The translations under genes and the position numbers were made by a program. Below are positions 18,231 to 27,457 of a stretch of 64,000 nucleotides of DNA, piece by piece; position 1 is the first letter of the stretch; each line of letters begins with the position of its first letter. Origin of the DNA: Verrucomicrobiales bacterium (GTDB lineage Bacteria; Verrucomicrobiota; Verrucomicrobiia; Limisphaerales; UBA11358); NCBI GenBank assembly GCA_028712475.1, contig JAQTQB010000004.1, positions 67,368 to 131,367 on the forward strand, in the 5' to 3' direction. Below the pieces are notes generated by a model that was not told the origin of the DNA, did no database searches, and worked only from the letters and a program-made list of their open reading frames with translations.

Positions 18231-18359
18231 ACCGTGCCTGAAGAAAAAGATTTTCTCTGAAACCGCCCCTGCGCTCAATTACTTTATGACCCTTTTACAA
18301 TCAAAATAATGGCTTGCCCGCCGAATTGACGCCGCCGCAATGCTTCTCTAATCTCCGGC

Positions 18360-18659
18360 ATGGCGAAAAAGATTTCCGGCGCGAAAACTTCCGAGGCTTC
18401 CGGTGGTTCCGGTGTAGCGTCGAGCCTGCGGCTCGATAAATCCGGCCACAGGCCGGACACTACACGGCAAAAACCCAGCTCCCTCCTCGACACCCGCGTC
18501 GTTTATTGCGGTGACAATCTGGAATAGCTCGCCAAGCTGCCCAATGCCTGCGTGGATTTGATCTACATTGACCCGCCCTTCAACTCCAACCGCAACTACG
18601 AGGTGTTTTGGGGCGAGACCAAGGAGAAGCGCGCCTTTGAAGACCGCCACGAGAACTAA
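18360..18659 (+). pseudogene. N-terminal fragment of a DNA methyltransferase with an in-frame stop
   Basis: MAKKISGAK...VVYCGDNLE*LAKLPNACVDLIYIDPPFNSNRNYEVFWGETKEKRAFEDRHEN*. The DPPF motif IV region is present, TAG at 18525..18527 is in frame, and there is no motif I or C-terminal part. Confidence 0.7.
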
Positions 18660-18661
18660 AT

Positions 18662-18889
18662 GTGGAACTGGACGGCAGCCAGCACGGTTTCCCCGACCAG
18701 CGGAAACACGACGAGGAACGGGAAAAGTTTCTGCAATCGCGCGGCATCAAGACGCTGCGGTTTTGGAATTCGCATTTGCGACGCAACGCACAAAGCATCC
18801 GTGACACGATTTTCGATGAGTTGCAGGCACGCGCTCCGCGTCCCTTGCCGGAATACACCCGACCGATGAAAGTTGTAAGGAAAAGTTAG
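18662..18889 (+). pseudogene. C-terminal fragment of a DUF559 (Vsr-like endonuclease domain) protein
   Basis: (V)ELDGSQHGFPDQRKHDEEREKFLQSRGIKTLRFWNSHL matches the DUF559 core pattern (E-x-DG-x-x-H ... D..R...L...G..vlRF.N). The N-terminal part is missing. It starts 2 nt after the methyltransferase fragment. Confidence 0.6.
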
Positions 18890-18896
18890 TTGAACG

Positions 18897-19180
18897 TCCT
18901 CCCTCACCCAACTCTCTCCCCAAGGAGAGGGCTTTCGCGTCCGCCGTCCCCTTGAAAATCCGCACGCCGGGATTTGCCGGATGGTCAATCGAATCACCGA
19001 AATCGTGGCTGCTAAAATCCTCTCCTGGGGGAGAGGACACAGGTGAGGGCGGGCTAAAACACAAATTAAATTGGTTGAACAACCGCCCCCACCCCGGCCC
19101 TCTCCTCCGATGTGACCTTGCGGACAAGGCAGGGACGGCGCGCTGTGCCGTCCGGTTATCGCAGCGCGATGACCTGCCGT
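18897..19180. repeat. Cluster of short interspersed repeat modules (ctcaccc..ctctcc..ggagag type and a GC palindrome)
   Basis: Modules at about 18897..18933, 19019..19052 (inverted) and 19086..19110 share the cctcaccc..ccctctcc..ggagagg core. The same core occurs inside the MITE copies (15205..15248, 20803..20850) and at 18145..18187. Confidence 0.7.
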
Positions 19181-19186
19181 AAAGCA

Positions 19187-19223
19187 CAGCCGGAATGAGA
19201 AATCGTTCCGGCTGTTTTATTTT
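19187..19223 (+). terminator. Second copy of the terminator-like hairpin (within the 49-bp repeat 19185..19233)
   Basis: Identical sequence to 18192..18240. Confidence 0.65.
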
Positions 19224-19344
19224 ACCGTGCCTGGTGATATTTCTGCGTATATTGCCCGGCCGGACACTCAAACGCGACGGCTTGGATTTGATGCAGTTTG
19301 AGGCTGGAGCTTGAGTTCGGCGCGTGTTTCTCTTATCTGACACC

Positions 19345-20034
19345 ATGTTTTTGAGTCATCGTTCCATGCAAGCGGAGTATTTTGACCTGCCGGACCGCAC
19401 GGAGGTTGAGACTGCGGCTTCGTTCCGGGAACTCAACCGCGTCAATTGTCTCTTCCGCTTCTCGCATCCGTTTGAATCGGTGCTGCCTCAATGGCTTGGC
19501 GAGGCGAATTGCGAACGGCTGGAGATTCTCGACGTGGGCGCAGGCACGGGGCTGCTCGGCAAAACATTAACGGAATGGGCGGCGCGGCGCGGCTGGCAGT
19601 GGCGCTTCACCAATCTGGACACCAACCCGGTCGCGCTGAAAATTGGCGGGCAGCCGGACGGCGTCGTGGGTTCGGCGCTGCAACTGCCGTTCGCCGACGG
19701 CAGCTTCGATCTCGTCGTCGCCTCGCAGATGACCCATCACCTGACCGACGAGCAAGTCGTGACGCACTGGCGCGAGGCGTGGCGGGTGACGCGCGACGCC
19801 ATTTTCATCAGCGATCTGCACCGCAACGCCATGCTTTACGCGCTGGTCTGGCTGACGCTGCATCTGATGCGCGCGAACCGAACCGTGGCTGAAGACGGTT
19901 TGATTTCGGTGCGGCGCGGTTTTCGCCAGAACGAGTGGCGCGGACTGGCGGCGCGGGCGGGAATCCCCGGGGCCAATGTCTGGCGGTATCACGGCACGCG
20001 CATCATCCTGCAGGCGCGGAAAAAAACTTCTTGA
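19345..20034 (+). CDS. Class I SAM-dependent methyltransferase
   Basis: Motif I ILDVGAGTGLLG and post-I/II elements (..LQLPFADGSFDLVVAS..). The start is set at ATG 19345; a GTG at 19324 is also in frame. Confidence 0.85.
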   Translation: MFLSHRSMQAEYFDLPDRTEVETAASFRELNRVNCLFRFSHPFESVLPQWLGEANCERLEILDVGAGTGLLGKTLTEWAARRGWQWRFTNLDTNPVALKIGGQPDGVVGSALQLPFADGSFDLVVASQMTHHLTDEQVVTHWREAWRVTRDAIFISDLHRNAMLYALVWLTLHLMRANRTVAEDGLISVRRGFRQNEWRGLAARAGIPGANVWRYHGTRIILQARKKTS

Positions 20035-20068
20035 ACCGCCGTCAGACCGGCCGGCATCCATTGTTGAG

Positions 20069-20659
20069 TCAATCCGCGCTGTTCGGGTGCAGATCAACCT
20101 TGATCAACGAACCGTCCTCGCTTGAAAGAATGACGGTGCCGACGTCCGCATCATCATTGGGGTCTTTCAATTTGGCGGCCCAGATTTTGACACGCCACTG
20201 CGGGCCGGTGTCGCCGTGTTCCAGCCGGAGCTGCGTGGCCTTGAGCGTGAGTTTTTTCAGCAGCGGCTGCGCGGTGGCAAGCTTGATCGCCTTGTCGGAA
20301 TCAATCTTCAATTTTGATGCGTCCAACGGATCCTTCGCGTCGTCAAACAATTCTAGGAACCGGCCGGGATGCGACACGTCCATTTTCTGGCCGGCGCCGA
20401 ATTTCACCTGGACGGCCTTGAACGTCGAGTCGGGATCATAATACACCACATACCAGATGTCCGGGGTGAGGCTGCCGATGGATTTTTCCGAGCGGATTTG
20501 CACGACTTTGTCCTTGGACTGCACGCCGACGTATTGATCGCCCAGTTTGACCAGTTCAAACGCCGTCGGCTCGGCGGCCAGCGCCAGACAGGCGGTGCTG
20601 AACGTCATGGCCGCACTCACGAGAATTTTTCGCGCGAAATTTTTTTGCTTAATTTTCAT
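20069..20659 (-). CDS. Secreted protein of unknown function (possible tandem PepSY-like folds)
   Basis: ATG 20659: MKIKQKNFARKILVSAAMTFSTACLALAAEP is a signal peptide. 196 aa. The domain call is only by resemblance. Confidence 0.6.
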   Translation of the reverse strand: MKIKQKNFARKILVSAAMTFSTACLALAAEPTAFELVKLGDQYVGVQSKDKVVQIRSEKSIGSLTPDIWYVVYYDPDSTFKAVQVKFGAGQKMDVSHPGRFLELFDDAKDPLDASKLKIDSDKAIKLATAQPLLKKLTLKATQLRLEHGDTGPQWRVKIWAAKLKDPNDDADVGTVILSSEDGSLIKVDLHPNSAD

Positions 20660-20714
20660 GCCCAAAGTATTTATCAGACCGCAGGCAGGTGACAACGATT
20701 AAAATACTCCGACA

Positions 20715-20876
20715 GGGGGCGCATTTTGACACAGCCCTGACTCCCTCGCCCCGCCCAAACGTAGAGACGGTTGGGATGAGGGGATTTGAGATGGAAACAT
20801 TGGTGCCTCCTCACCCCGGCCCTCTCCTCCTCGGGGAGGAGAGGGAGATAACAGGGGCGGTGTCAAGCTGCGCCCC
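20715..20876. mobile_element. Second copy of the MITE-like element (intergenic, inverted relative to 15177..15350)
   Basis: gggggcgcattttgacac ... gtgtcaagctgcgcccc are terminal inverted repeats. The internal sequence aligns with the reverse complement of 15177..15350 along its whole length by eye. I found no clear TSD. Confidence 0.75.
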
Positions 20877-20887
20877 TTTGTCAGCCC

Positions 20888-22051
20888 TTGCAAAACACCC
20901 GGCCAGGCCTGTTCCGCCACCAATACATTGAACCGGCTTTTGTGCTGCGCCATGGGGTGTTCACCCCATTGGTTGCGTCAGGACGTTCCGCTTACTATCA
21001 TCCGCCAGTGTCAAGTCACGGTTATTTTCCAACGGAAGCGGAACTCGCCTTGAACGGCGCGGGTCAGACGGCGTTCCATGAACGCGCCGCCGCCGCGACG
21101 CGCGCGGAATTCGGCAGCGATGTCTTCGTGCGCGCCGTGGTGGAGGTCTCGAATTTCTGCCGTGAAAACTGCACCTACTGCGGGATGCGCCGCGACAACC
21201 GCAGCCTCGCCCGCTACCGCGCGCAGCACGAACAGATCGCCGGGATGCTGATCGAACATCGCCCCGCCAGCGTCACGGACGTGAACATCCAGACGGGCGA
21301 AGACCCGGTGGCCGTGCGCGAAGTCGTGCTGCCGCTCATCGAAACCTTGCGGCGCGAAACGTCCCTCGGCATCAGCGTCTGCCTGGGAACCTTGCCGCCG
21401 GAACTTTACGCCGAACTCCAGGCCGCCGGCGCGAGCATCTTCATCATGAAGTTTGAAGCCGGCGACGCCGCGCAATACGAGCAGTTCCAGGCGCCCGGCA
21501 CTCTGGCGGAACGGCTGCGGCACATCCGCCTGCTCGCGGAAAATGACTGGAACGTCAGTTCCGGCTTTATCGCCGGGCTGCCGGGCCAGACGCCGCGCGA
21601 CCTGTTGAAAAATCTGGAGATGGCGGGTTCGCTGCCGTTGAGCGGCTGCAGCGTCAGCCCGTTCATTCCCGGCGAGGCCACGCCGCTGGCAAAACATCCC
21701 ACGGCGAATCCAGACTGGACTTTTAATTGTGTGAGCGCGCTGCGGCTGATGCGGCCGGACTGGGTCATCCCGGCCGTGAGCGCGTTCAACCTGGCCGCCG
21801 AGGACGGCTACCGGCGCGGCCTGCGCGCGGGCGCCAACCTGGTCACGATCAATCTGACGCCGACGGACCAGCGCGGGGATTACGTCATCTACAAGCGCGA
21901 CCGTTTCATCATGACCGAGGAGCGCGTGCTGACGGCGATTGCAGCGGAAGGGCGCACGCCGTCGAAAACGGGGCTTGCGGATTTTTATCGGGACAAGATG
22001 GCCAACGGCACAGCGGCTGAAAAAAATTCAGAGACCGCAATGCAAACGTGA
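20888..22051 (+). CDS. Radical SAM enzyme (BioB/HydE/PylB-like subgroup)
   Basis: Cluster motif VSNFCRENCTYCGMRRDN (CxxxCxxC). The following segments (VTDVNIQTGEDP, ..GISVCLGTL.., ..IFIMKFEAGD..) fit the BioB/HydE-type TIM barrel. The start is uncertain: TTG 20888 abuts the MITE, and GTG near 21008 is plausible. Confidence 0.8.
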   Translation: MQNTRPGLFRHQYIEPAFVLRHGVFTPLVASGRSAYYHPPVSSHGYFPTEAELALNGAGQTAFHERAAAATRAEFGSDVFVRAVVEVSNFCRENCTYCGMRRDNRSLARYRAQHEQIAGMLIEHRPASVTDVNIQTGEDPVAVREVVLPLIETLRRETSLGISVCLGTLPPELYAELQAAGASIFIMKFEAGDAAQYEQFQAPGTLAERLRHIRLLAENDWNVSSGFIAGLPGQTPRDLLKNLEMAGSLPLSGCSVSPFIPGEATPLAKHPTANPDWTFNCVSALRLMRPDWVIPAVSAFNLAAEDGYRRGLRAGANLVTINLTPTDQRGDYVIYKRDRFIMTEERVLTAIAAEGRTPSKTGLADFYRDKMANGTAAEKNSETAMQT

Positions 22052-22058
22052 GGCGCAT

Positions 22059-23306
22059 GTGCTGTTTCCTCCGTCAAAATCTTTAGCGACCGCACAGCCC
22101 AATCGCGTCGTCGTCACCGGCGCAGGCATCGTCACCGCGCTCGGCCTCGGCTGGCGGGCCAACGCCGAGGGGTTTCGCGCCGGACGCCCCGCCTTTCGTC
22201 GCGTGACGTTGTTCGATGTTTCGCGGCAGCGCGCCAAAATCGCGGCGGAAGTTGATCTGCCATCCGGGCTTCCGCAGACAAAACTTTCCGCGAACACCAT
22301 GCGCCGGCTGGACCGCGCCACCCGGATGCTGCTGCACGCCGCCCATGAAGCTTGGACGCAGGCCGGCTGGGAGCCGTCGGAAGATTTGCCCGTGGTTCTT
22401 GGCACCACCAGCGGCGAAATGGCGCTGGGCGAAAAATTTCTGCAACAGGCCCTCGCATCGCCGCTCATGAAAAGACGGCAGGCAACGCGCGTCGTGCACT
22501 ATCAGGTGCAGCAGCAGGGGCTTGATTTGTGCAGCGCCTTTGGTTTTCAGGGTTCACTCACAACCATTTCCAACGCCTGCGCCTCCGGCGCGAACGCCAT
22601 CGGCCACGCCTGGGAATTGCTGCGGAACGGGCGCGCGGAAAAAGTTTTGACGGGCGGCTATGACATGCTGTGCCAGTTGACTTTTGCCGGATTTGATTCG
22701 CTCCAGGCGCTTTCCCCCGCCCCGTGCCGTCCGTTTGACGCGCAACGCGACGGGCTTACCCTTGGCGAAGGCGCGGCCATCCTGACCTTGGAAACGCTCG
22801 CGCACGCACAAAAACGCGGCGCGGAAATCCTTGGCGAAATCATCGGCTACGGCGCGGCGACCGACACGCATCACCTCACGCAACCGCATCCCGAAGGCGA
22901 CGCGGCTCTGGCCGCGATGACCGCGGCGTGCGCACGCGCAAACATTTCACCGGCGCAAATTGATTACGTCAATGCGCACGGCACGGCCACGCCGCAAAAC
23001 GACGCGACCGAGGCCGCCGCCCTCAACCGCTGGGCGGGCGAAGGCGCAAAATCATTGCGGGTCAGCTCCACGAAGGCCGCCAGCGGGCATCTGCTCGGCG
23101 CGGCGGGCGCAATGGAGGCCGTCGTCTGCCTCATGGCCTTGCGCGGACAATGGCTGCCGCCGCAGATGTCGTTGGATAAAATTGATCCCGCCTGCCGTTT
23201 TCAAATCGTGCGCGGACCGGCGGATGCGAGGATCGAAACGGCGCTCTCCAATTCCTTCGGCTTCGGCGGTGCGAATGCCACGCTCATTTTTCGGAGGTGG
23301 GCGTGA
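22059..23306 (+). CDS. Beta-ketoacyl-ACP synthase (FabF/KAS II-like)
   Basis: The catalytic Cys-His-His context is intact: ISNACASGANAIG, VNAHGTATPQND, STKAASGHLLGAAG. GTG start at 22059, just after the radical SAM stop; the upstream part of the ORF overlaps that gene. Confidence 0.9.
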   Translation: MLFPPSKSLATAQPNRVVVTGAGIVTALGLGWRANAEGFRAGRPAFRRVTLFDVSRQRAKIAAEVDLPSGLPQTKLSANTMRRLDRATRMLLHAAHEAWTQAGWEPSEDLPVVLGTTSGEMALGEKFLQQALASPLMKRRQATRVVHYQVQQQGLDLCSAFGFQGSLTTISNACASGANAIGHAWELLRNGRAEKVLTGGYDMLCQLTFAGFDSLQALSPAPCRPFDAQRDGLTLGEGAAILTLETLAHAQKRGAEILGEIIGYGAATDTHHLTQPHPEGDAALAAMTAACARANISPAQIDYVNAHGTATPQNDATEAAALNRWAGEGAKSLRVSSTKAASGHLLGAAGAMEAVVCLMALRGQWLPPQMSLDKIDPACRFQIVRGPADARIETALSNSFGFGGANATLIFRRWA

Positions 23307-24340
23307 ACCGGATTTTCGTCCGCGGCCTCGGCGCAGTCTCCCCGGCGGGCTGGGGTGTTGAAAAATTATGCGCGGCCCTGGACAAGGGCGAATCCCTTCC
23401 GGCGCAAAACCTGGCGCGTCCGGGCTTGGAAAAGCCGTTGCGTGTCCGCAGCGTGCCGCCGCCGGTGCCGCGCCCGGTTTTTTTTATGCATCCGCGTTTG
23501 CGGCGCGCAAGCGTCATCACGCAGCACACCGTGGCCGCCGCGCTCGAAGCGCTGGGCGGCGATGCCGCGCAAGTCCAGTCCGGCGCGTTGCGGCTCGGCA
23601 TCGTGGCTTGCACGATGTCGGGCAGCGTCGCTTACTCACGGCGGTTTTACGAGGAGGTCTTGCGCGCGCCCGAGACGGCAAGCCCGCTGGTTTTTCCCGA
23701 AACGGTTTTCAACGCCCCGGCCAGCCACCTTGCGGCGTATCTCGGCGCGAACGGAAACGGCTGCACGATCGTGGGCGACGATGGAACTTTTTTGCAGGGG
23801 CTGGCGATGGCGGCTGGCTGGCTCCTGAATGACCAGGCGGACGGCGTGGTGGTCGTCGGCGCGGAGGAAACGGACTGGATTGTCTCCGAAGCGATGGGGT
23901 TTTTCCAGCGCGACGCGGTTCACAGCGCCGGCGCCGGCGCGATTTATTTGAGGAGGGAAAAGGCGTCCGCCGCCTGCGCGGAGCTTGCGGCCGTCACGGA
24001 TTCTTTTTTATTCACGCAAAATCAAAACCGCACGGAGGCCGCACGGAAAATGCGGGCGCAGTTGCCGTCCTGTGCGCCAGGGGAACTGCTCGTCGTGAGC
24101 GCGCAACAAAACTCACGGGCGGCGGCGGCGGAAAATCTGGCGTGGGGCGGCTGGTCCGGCAGCCGGCTCGCGCCGAAGGCGGTTCTCGGCGAGGCGTTCG
24201 TGGCATCGTCCGCCTGGCAGTGCGTCGCCGCCTGTGAAGCGGTTGCGCGCGGACAATTTTCCGCCGTGAATGCCAGCGTGGTGGGCGCGAACCAGCAGGC
24301 GATCGGCGCGCGTTTTCTGGCTTGCGCGGAGCCAGTTTAA
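23303..24340 (+). CDS. KS-like partner lacking the active-site cysteine (chain-length-factor-like)
   Basis: Thiolase-fold-like sequence (RIFVRGLGAVSPAGWG..). The position equivalent to ACxSG reads TIVGDDGTFLQGLAMA, and there is no HGT motif. Its GTG overlaps the KS stop (GTGA). Confidence 0.7.
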   Translation: MNRIFVRGLGAVSPAGWGVEKLCAALDKGESLPAQNLARPGLEKPLRVRSVPPPVPRPVFFMHPRLRRASVITQHTVAAALEALGGDAAQVQSGALRLGIVACTMSGSVAYSRRFYEEVLRAPETASPLVFPETVFNAPASHLAAYLGANGNGCTIVGDDGTFLQGLAMAAGWLLNDQADGVVVVGAEETDWIVSEAMGFFQRDAVHSAGAGAIYLRREKASAACAELAAVTDSFLFTQNQNRTEAARKMRAQLPSCAPGELLVVSAQQNSRAAAAENLAWGGWSGSRLAPKAVLGEAFVASSAWQCVAACEAVARGQFSAVNASVVGANQQAIGARFLACAEPV

Positions 24341-24387
24341 GTTACAGGCTTGCCCGCCAAAAAACAGCGGCAGATTATTTATTTTCA

Positions 24388-24660
24388 ATGAACGATTCAA
24401 CGGAACTCAAGGCGCAGATCAAACAGATGCTGGTTGATAACCTGATGCTCAAGATCAGCGCGGCGGAAATCGGGGATGACCAGCCGCTGTTCGGGCCGGG
24501 CAGCCTGGGGCTGGATTCGATAGATGCAATGCAACTGGTCGTCGCCCTGGAAAAAAATCATCAGATGAAGCTTTCCGACATTGAAGTTGCGCGCAAAGTG
24601 ATTCAGACCGTCAACACCATCGCCGCAGCGATTCAAGAACACCAGTCCCTGCCCAGGTAA
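24388..24660 (+). CDS. Acyl carrier protein
   Basis: 90 aa. The phosphopantetheine attachment motif is LGLDSIDAMQLV. Confidence 0.9.
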   Translation: MNDSTELKAQIKQMLVDNLMLKISAAEIGDDQPLFGPGSLGLDSIDAMQLVVALEKNHQMKLSDIEVARKVIQTVNTIAAAIQEHQSLPR

Positions 24661-24761
24661 AAATTCCGGTTTTGCCGGATCCGTGGAACCCGGATGTCGC
24701 GCGGGAATTCCGGCATGTTCGCGGACAAATGGCAGCCGCCGTTCGTGAACCAGTCCTCTCT

Positions 24762-25283
24762 TCAGCGCGCCGGACGTTTGCCCGTCATCAACGCCATGTG
24801 GCGCGGGGCGAGCAGGCACACGAGCGCCGCGCAACGGGCGTAACGCAGCGATTCCGTCTCCAGCTTGCACAGGCTGCCTTTCTTCAGATCAATCTCCATG
24901 CTCGTGTTGCCCGCCGTGAGCAGCGCAATGAACCGGCTCAAGTAAGGTTCGTGGCCCACGAGCAGAATGTTTTTTGGCCGGGGCCGCAACTCGTTCAACT
25001 GCTGGATGAGTGACTTCGGATTGCCACCGGGCGTCAGTTCTTCGGTGAATTTCAACTGCTTCCGGCGCTTGAGGGATTTTGCGACGATTTCCGCCGTCTG
25101 CCTCGCGCGCACATACGGGCTGGAAAGAATCACATCAAAGGAAATTTTCAGCGCAGCCATCGCCTTGGCGATCTGCAACAACCGGCGTCGGCCCTTTGGT
25201 GTGAGCGGACGTTCCGCATCCTTGGCAAAGCCCGGCTTGCTGGGATCAACGGCGATCCCGTGGCGCAATAAATAAAGGTTCAT
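24762..25283 (-). CDS. sixA: Phosphohistidine phosphatase SixA
   Basis: MNLYLLRHGIAV.. carries the RHG catalytic motif, and LLVGHEPYLS is also present. 173 aa. It has a 4-nt overlap with the ppk stop. Confidence 0.88.
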   Translation of the reverse strand: MNLYLLRHGIAVDPSKPGFAKDAERPLTPKGRRRLLQIAKAMAALKISFDVILSSPYVRARQTAEIVAKSLKRRKQLKFTEELTPGGNPKSLIQQLNELRPRPKNILLVGHEPYLSRFIALLTAGNTSMEIDLKKGSLCKLETESLRYARCAALVCLLAPRHMALMTGKRPAR

Positions 25284-27457
25284 GATTTTAGCAGCCGGAT
25301 TTTTCGCGGACGCATGACGGCGGCTTCAGGCCGCGACAACAACGTGACACGCGGATATTTCGCGCGGCCATTGACCGGCCGCACCGGCTCGTCCGGCGAT
25401 GCCAGCGCGATGAACTCCGCCTGGCTGCGCCGTTTCTTTTCTCCCCGGCCCGGCGGCGGGCGATGATAGCTGCCGTCGGCGCGCAGAAACCGCGCCTTCA
25501 CGTTGTCGGCGAGCGTCACGGCGAGAATTTCGCTGATGACCCGCTCGCGCAGGTTGCCGTCCTCGATGGGGAAAACGACTTCGATGCGGCGGAACAGGTT
25601 GCGCGGCATCCAGTCCGCGCTGCCCGCGAACACTTCCGACTGGCGGGCGTTCTCAAAATAATAAATCCGGCTGTGTTCCAGAAAACGGTCCACGACGCTG
25701 CGCACGGTGATGTTCTCGCTCACGCCCTTGACGCCGGGCCGCAGGCAGCAGATGCCGCGCACGATCAGTTCAATCTTCACCCCGGCCTGTGACGCGCGGT
25801 AAAGCGTCCCGATCAGCGCCGGCTCCACGAGCGAATTCATCCGCGCGATCATTTTCGCGGGCAGGCCTTTTTGCGCATGGCCGATTTCGCGCTCGATCAA
25901 CTGGTTCAGCCGCGTGTGCAAGTCGAACGGCGCGACGACCAGTTTTTTCATGCCCTGAAACTGGCAGATGCCGGTGAGCAGATTGAACAGGTTCGTCGCG
26001 TCCTCGCCAAATTCCGGTTTGCACGTCAGCAGGCCGATGTCCGTGTAAAAGCGCGCCGTGGTGGGATTGTAATTGCCGGTGGCCAGATGGACGTAGCGGC
26101 GGATCTTGCCTGCTTCCGAGCGCACGACGAGCGCGACCTTCGCGTGAATCTTGAATCCGACCAGGCCGTAAACCACATGCACGCCATTCTCTTCAAGCTG
26201 CCGGGTCCACTCGATGTTGTTGGCCTCGTCGAACCGCGCGCGCAGTTCCACCACCGCCGTCACCTGCTTGCCGTTGTTCACCGCGTCCATCAGCGCGCCG
26301 ACGATGCGCGGATCGCCGCCGGTGCGGTAGAGCGTGACCTTGATGGTGAACACGCCCGCGTCCTGCGCCGCGTGTTCGAGAAATTCCACCACGCTGTTGA
26401 AATTTTCGTAAGGGTGGTGCAGCAGCACGTCGCGTTCACGGATGGCGGCGAACAAATCTTCGCGCCCGCGCAACGCGCGCGCGACCGGCGCGACGAACGG
26501 CGGGTCGCGCAGTTCCGGCGAATGGTCGCCCTGATACAGCGCCATCAACCGCGTCGGGTTCAACGGGCCGTTGACCAGATACAGGTCGTCCTCGGTCAGG
26601 CGGAACGTCTTCAGCAGCGCCAATCGGATTTGTTCCGGGCATTTGCAATCAATCTCCAGGCGGACGGCATCGCCTTTGCGCCGGTTATGCAGTTCGGTTT
26701 CGACCGCCTTGAGCAGGCTGCTGGAATCCTCCTCGTCAATATACAGCTCGCTGTTGCGCGTGACGCGGAACGGCCAGCAGCCAAGAATGGTCGTGCCCGG
26801 AAACAGGTCGGCGATGAAACGCCCGATGAGGTGGCTCAAGAAAACGTAATCGCGGCGGGCGTCGTCGCGCGGCAACTGGATGAGGCGCGGCAGGATCGCC
26901 GGGCATTGGACGACCGCCAGGTGTTTGAGCGGCTGGCCGGAGCCGTCGCGCGGAACCATTTCCAGCCGCACCATCAGGTTCAGCGATCTGTTCAGCAGTT
27001 GCGGAAACGGATGCGCCGGATCAATGGCGAGCGGCGTCAGCACCGGGCGGATTTTGGTCAGGTAATATTCCTCAAGCCAGCCCATGTCGGCGGCGGTCAG
27101 GTCATCCATTTCGAGGATGCGGATGCTGTGCCTGGCGAGCGCGGGCTTCAGATCCTCCCGCCAGCAATCGTATTGGTCGGCCACCATCCGGCGCACGCGG
27201 CTGACGATCTCCTGAAATGTTTCCCGCGCCGTCAGCCCGTCCGTGCTGCGTTCCCCCTGCCCGCTTTCGATCTCCTGTTTCAAACCGGCCACGCGCACCT
27301 CGAAAAATTCATCCAAGTTGGAGCTGACGATGGTGAAGAACTTGAGCCGTTCGAGCAGCGGATTGGCCGTGTCGAGCGCCTCGTCGAGCACGCGCTGGTT
27401 GAATTCCAGCCAGCTCAACTCCCGGTTGATGAAATGCTCCGGCTTAAAACCGCTCAT
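25280..27457 (-). CDS. ppk1: Polyphosphate kinase 1
   Basis: FINRELSWLEFNQRVLDEA.., NLDEFF.., the HxK-type PLD-like C-terminal repeats (KIHAKVALVV.., FLEHSRIYYF) and a length of about 725 aa. ATG at 27457; the ORF is open to 27535. Confidence 0.95.
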   Translation of the reverse strand: MSGFKPEHFINRELSWLEFNQRVLDEALDTANPLLERLKFFTIVSSNLDEFFEVRVAGLKQEIESGQGERSTDGLTARETFQEIVSRVRRMVADQYDCWREDLKPALARHSIRILEMDDLTAADMGWLEEYYLTKIRPVLTPLAIDPAHPFPQLLNRSLNLMVRLEMVPRDGSGQPLKHLAVVQCPAILPRLIQLPRDDARRDYVFLSHLIGRFIADLFPGTTILGCWPFRVTRNSELYIDEEDSSSLLKAVETELHNRRKGDAVRLEIDCKCPEQIRLALLKTFRLTEDDLYLVNGPLNPTRLMALYQGDHSPELRDPPFVAPVARALRGREDLFAAIRERDVLLHHPYENFNSVVEFLEHAAQDAGVFTIKVTLYRTGGDPRIVGALMDAVNNGKQVTAVVELRARFDEANNIEWTRQLEENGVHVVYGLVGFKIHAKVALVVRSEAGKIRRYVHLATGNYNPTTARFYTDIGLLTCKPEFGEDATNLFNLLTGICQFQGMKKLVVAPFDLHTRLNQLIEREIGHAQKGLPAKMIARMNSLVEPALIGTLYRASQAGVKIELIVRGICCLRPGVKGVSENITVRSVVDRFLEHSRIYYFENARQSEVFAGSADWMPRNLFRRIEVVFPIEDGNLRERVISEILAVTLADNVKARFLRADGSYHRPPPGRGEKKRRSQAEFIALASPDEPVRPVNGRAKYPRVTLLSRPEAAVMRPRKIRLLKS

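Noticed and set aside
18897-19180. Possible CRISPR array, because of recurring ctcaccc..ctctcc..ggagag modules
   Set aside because: The modules are in mixed orientation, irregularly spaced and imperfect, and the same core occurs inside the MITE copies. There are no regular repeat-spacer units and no cas genes in the window.
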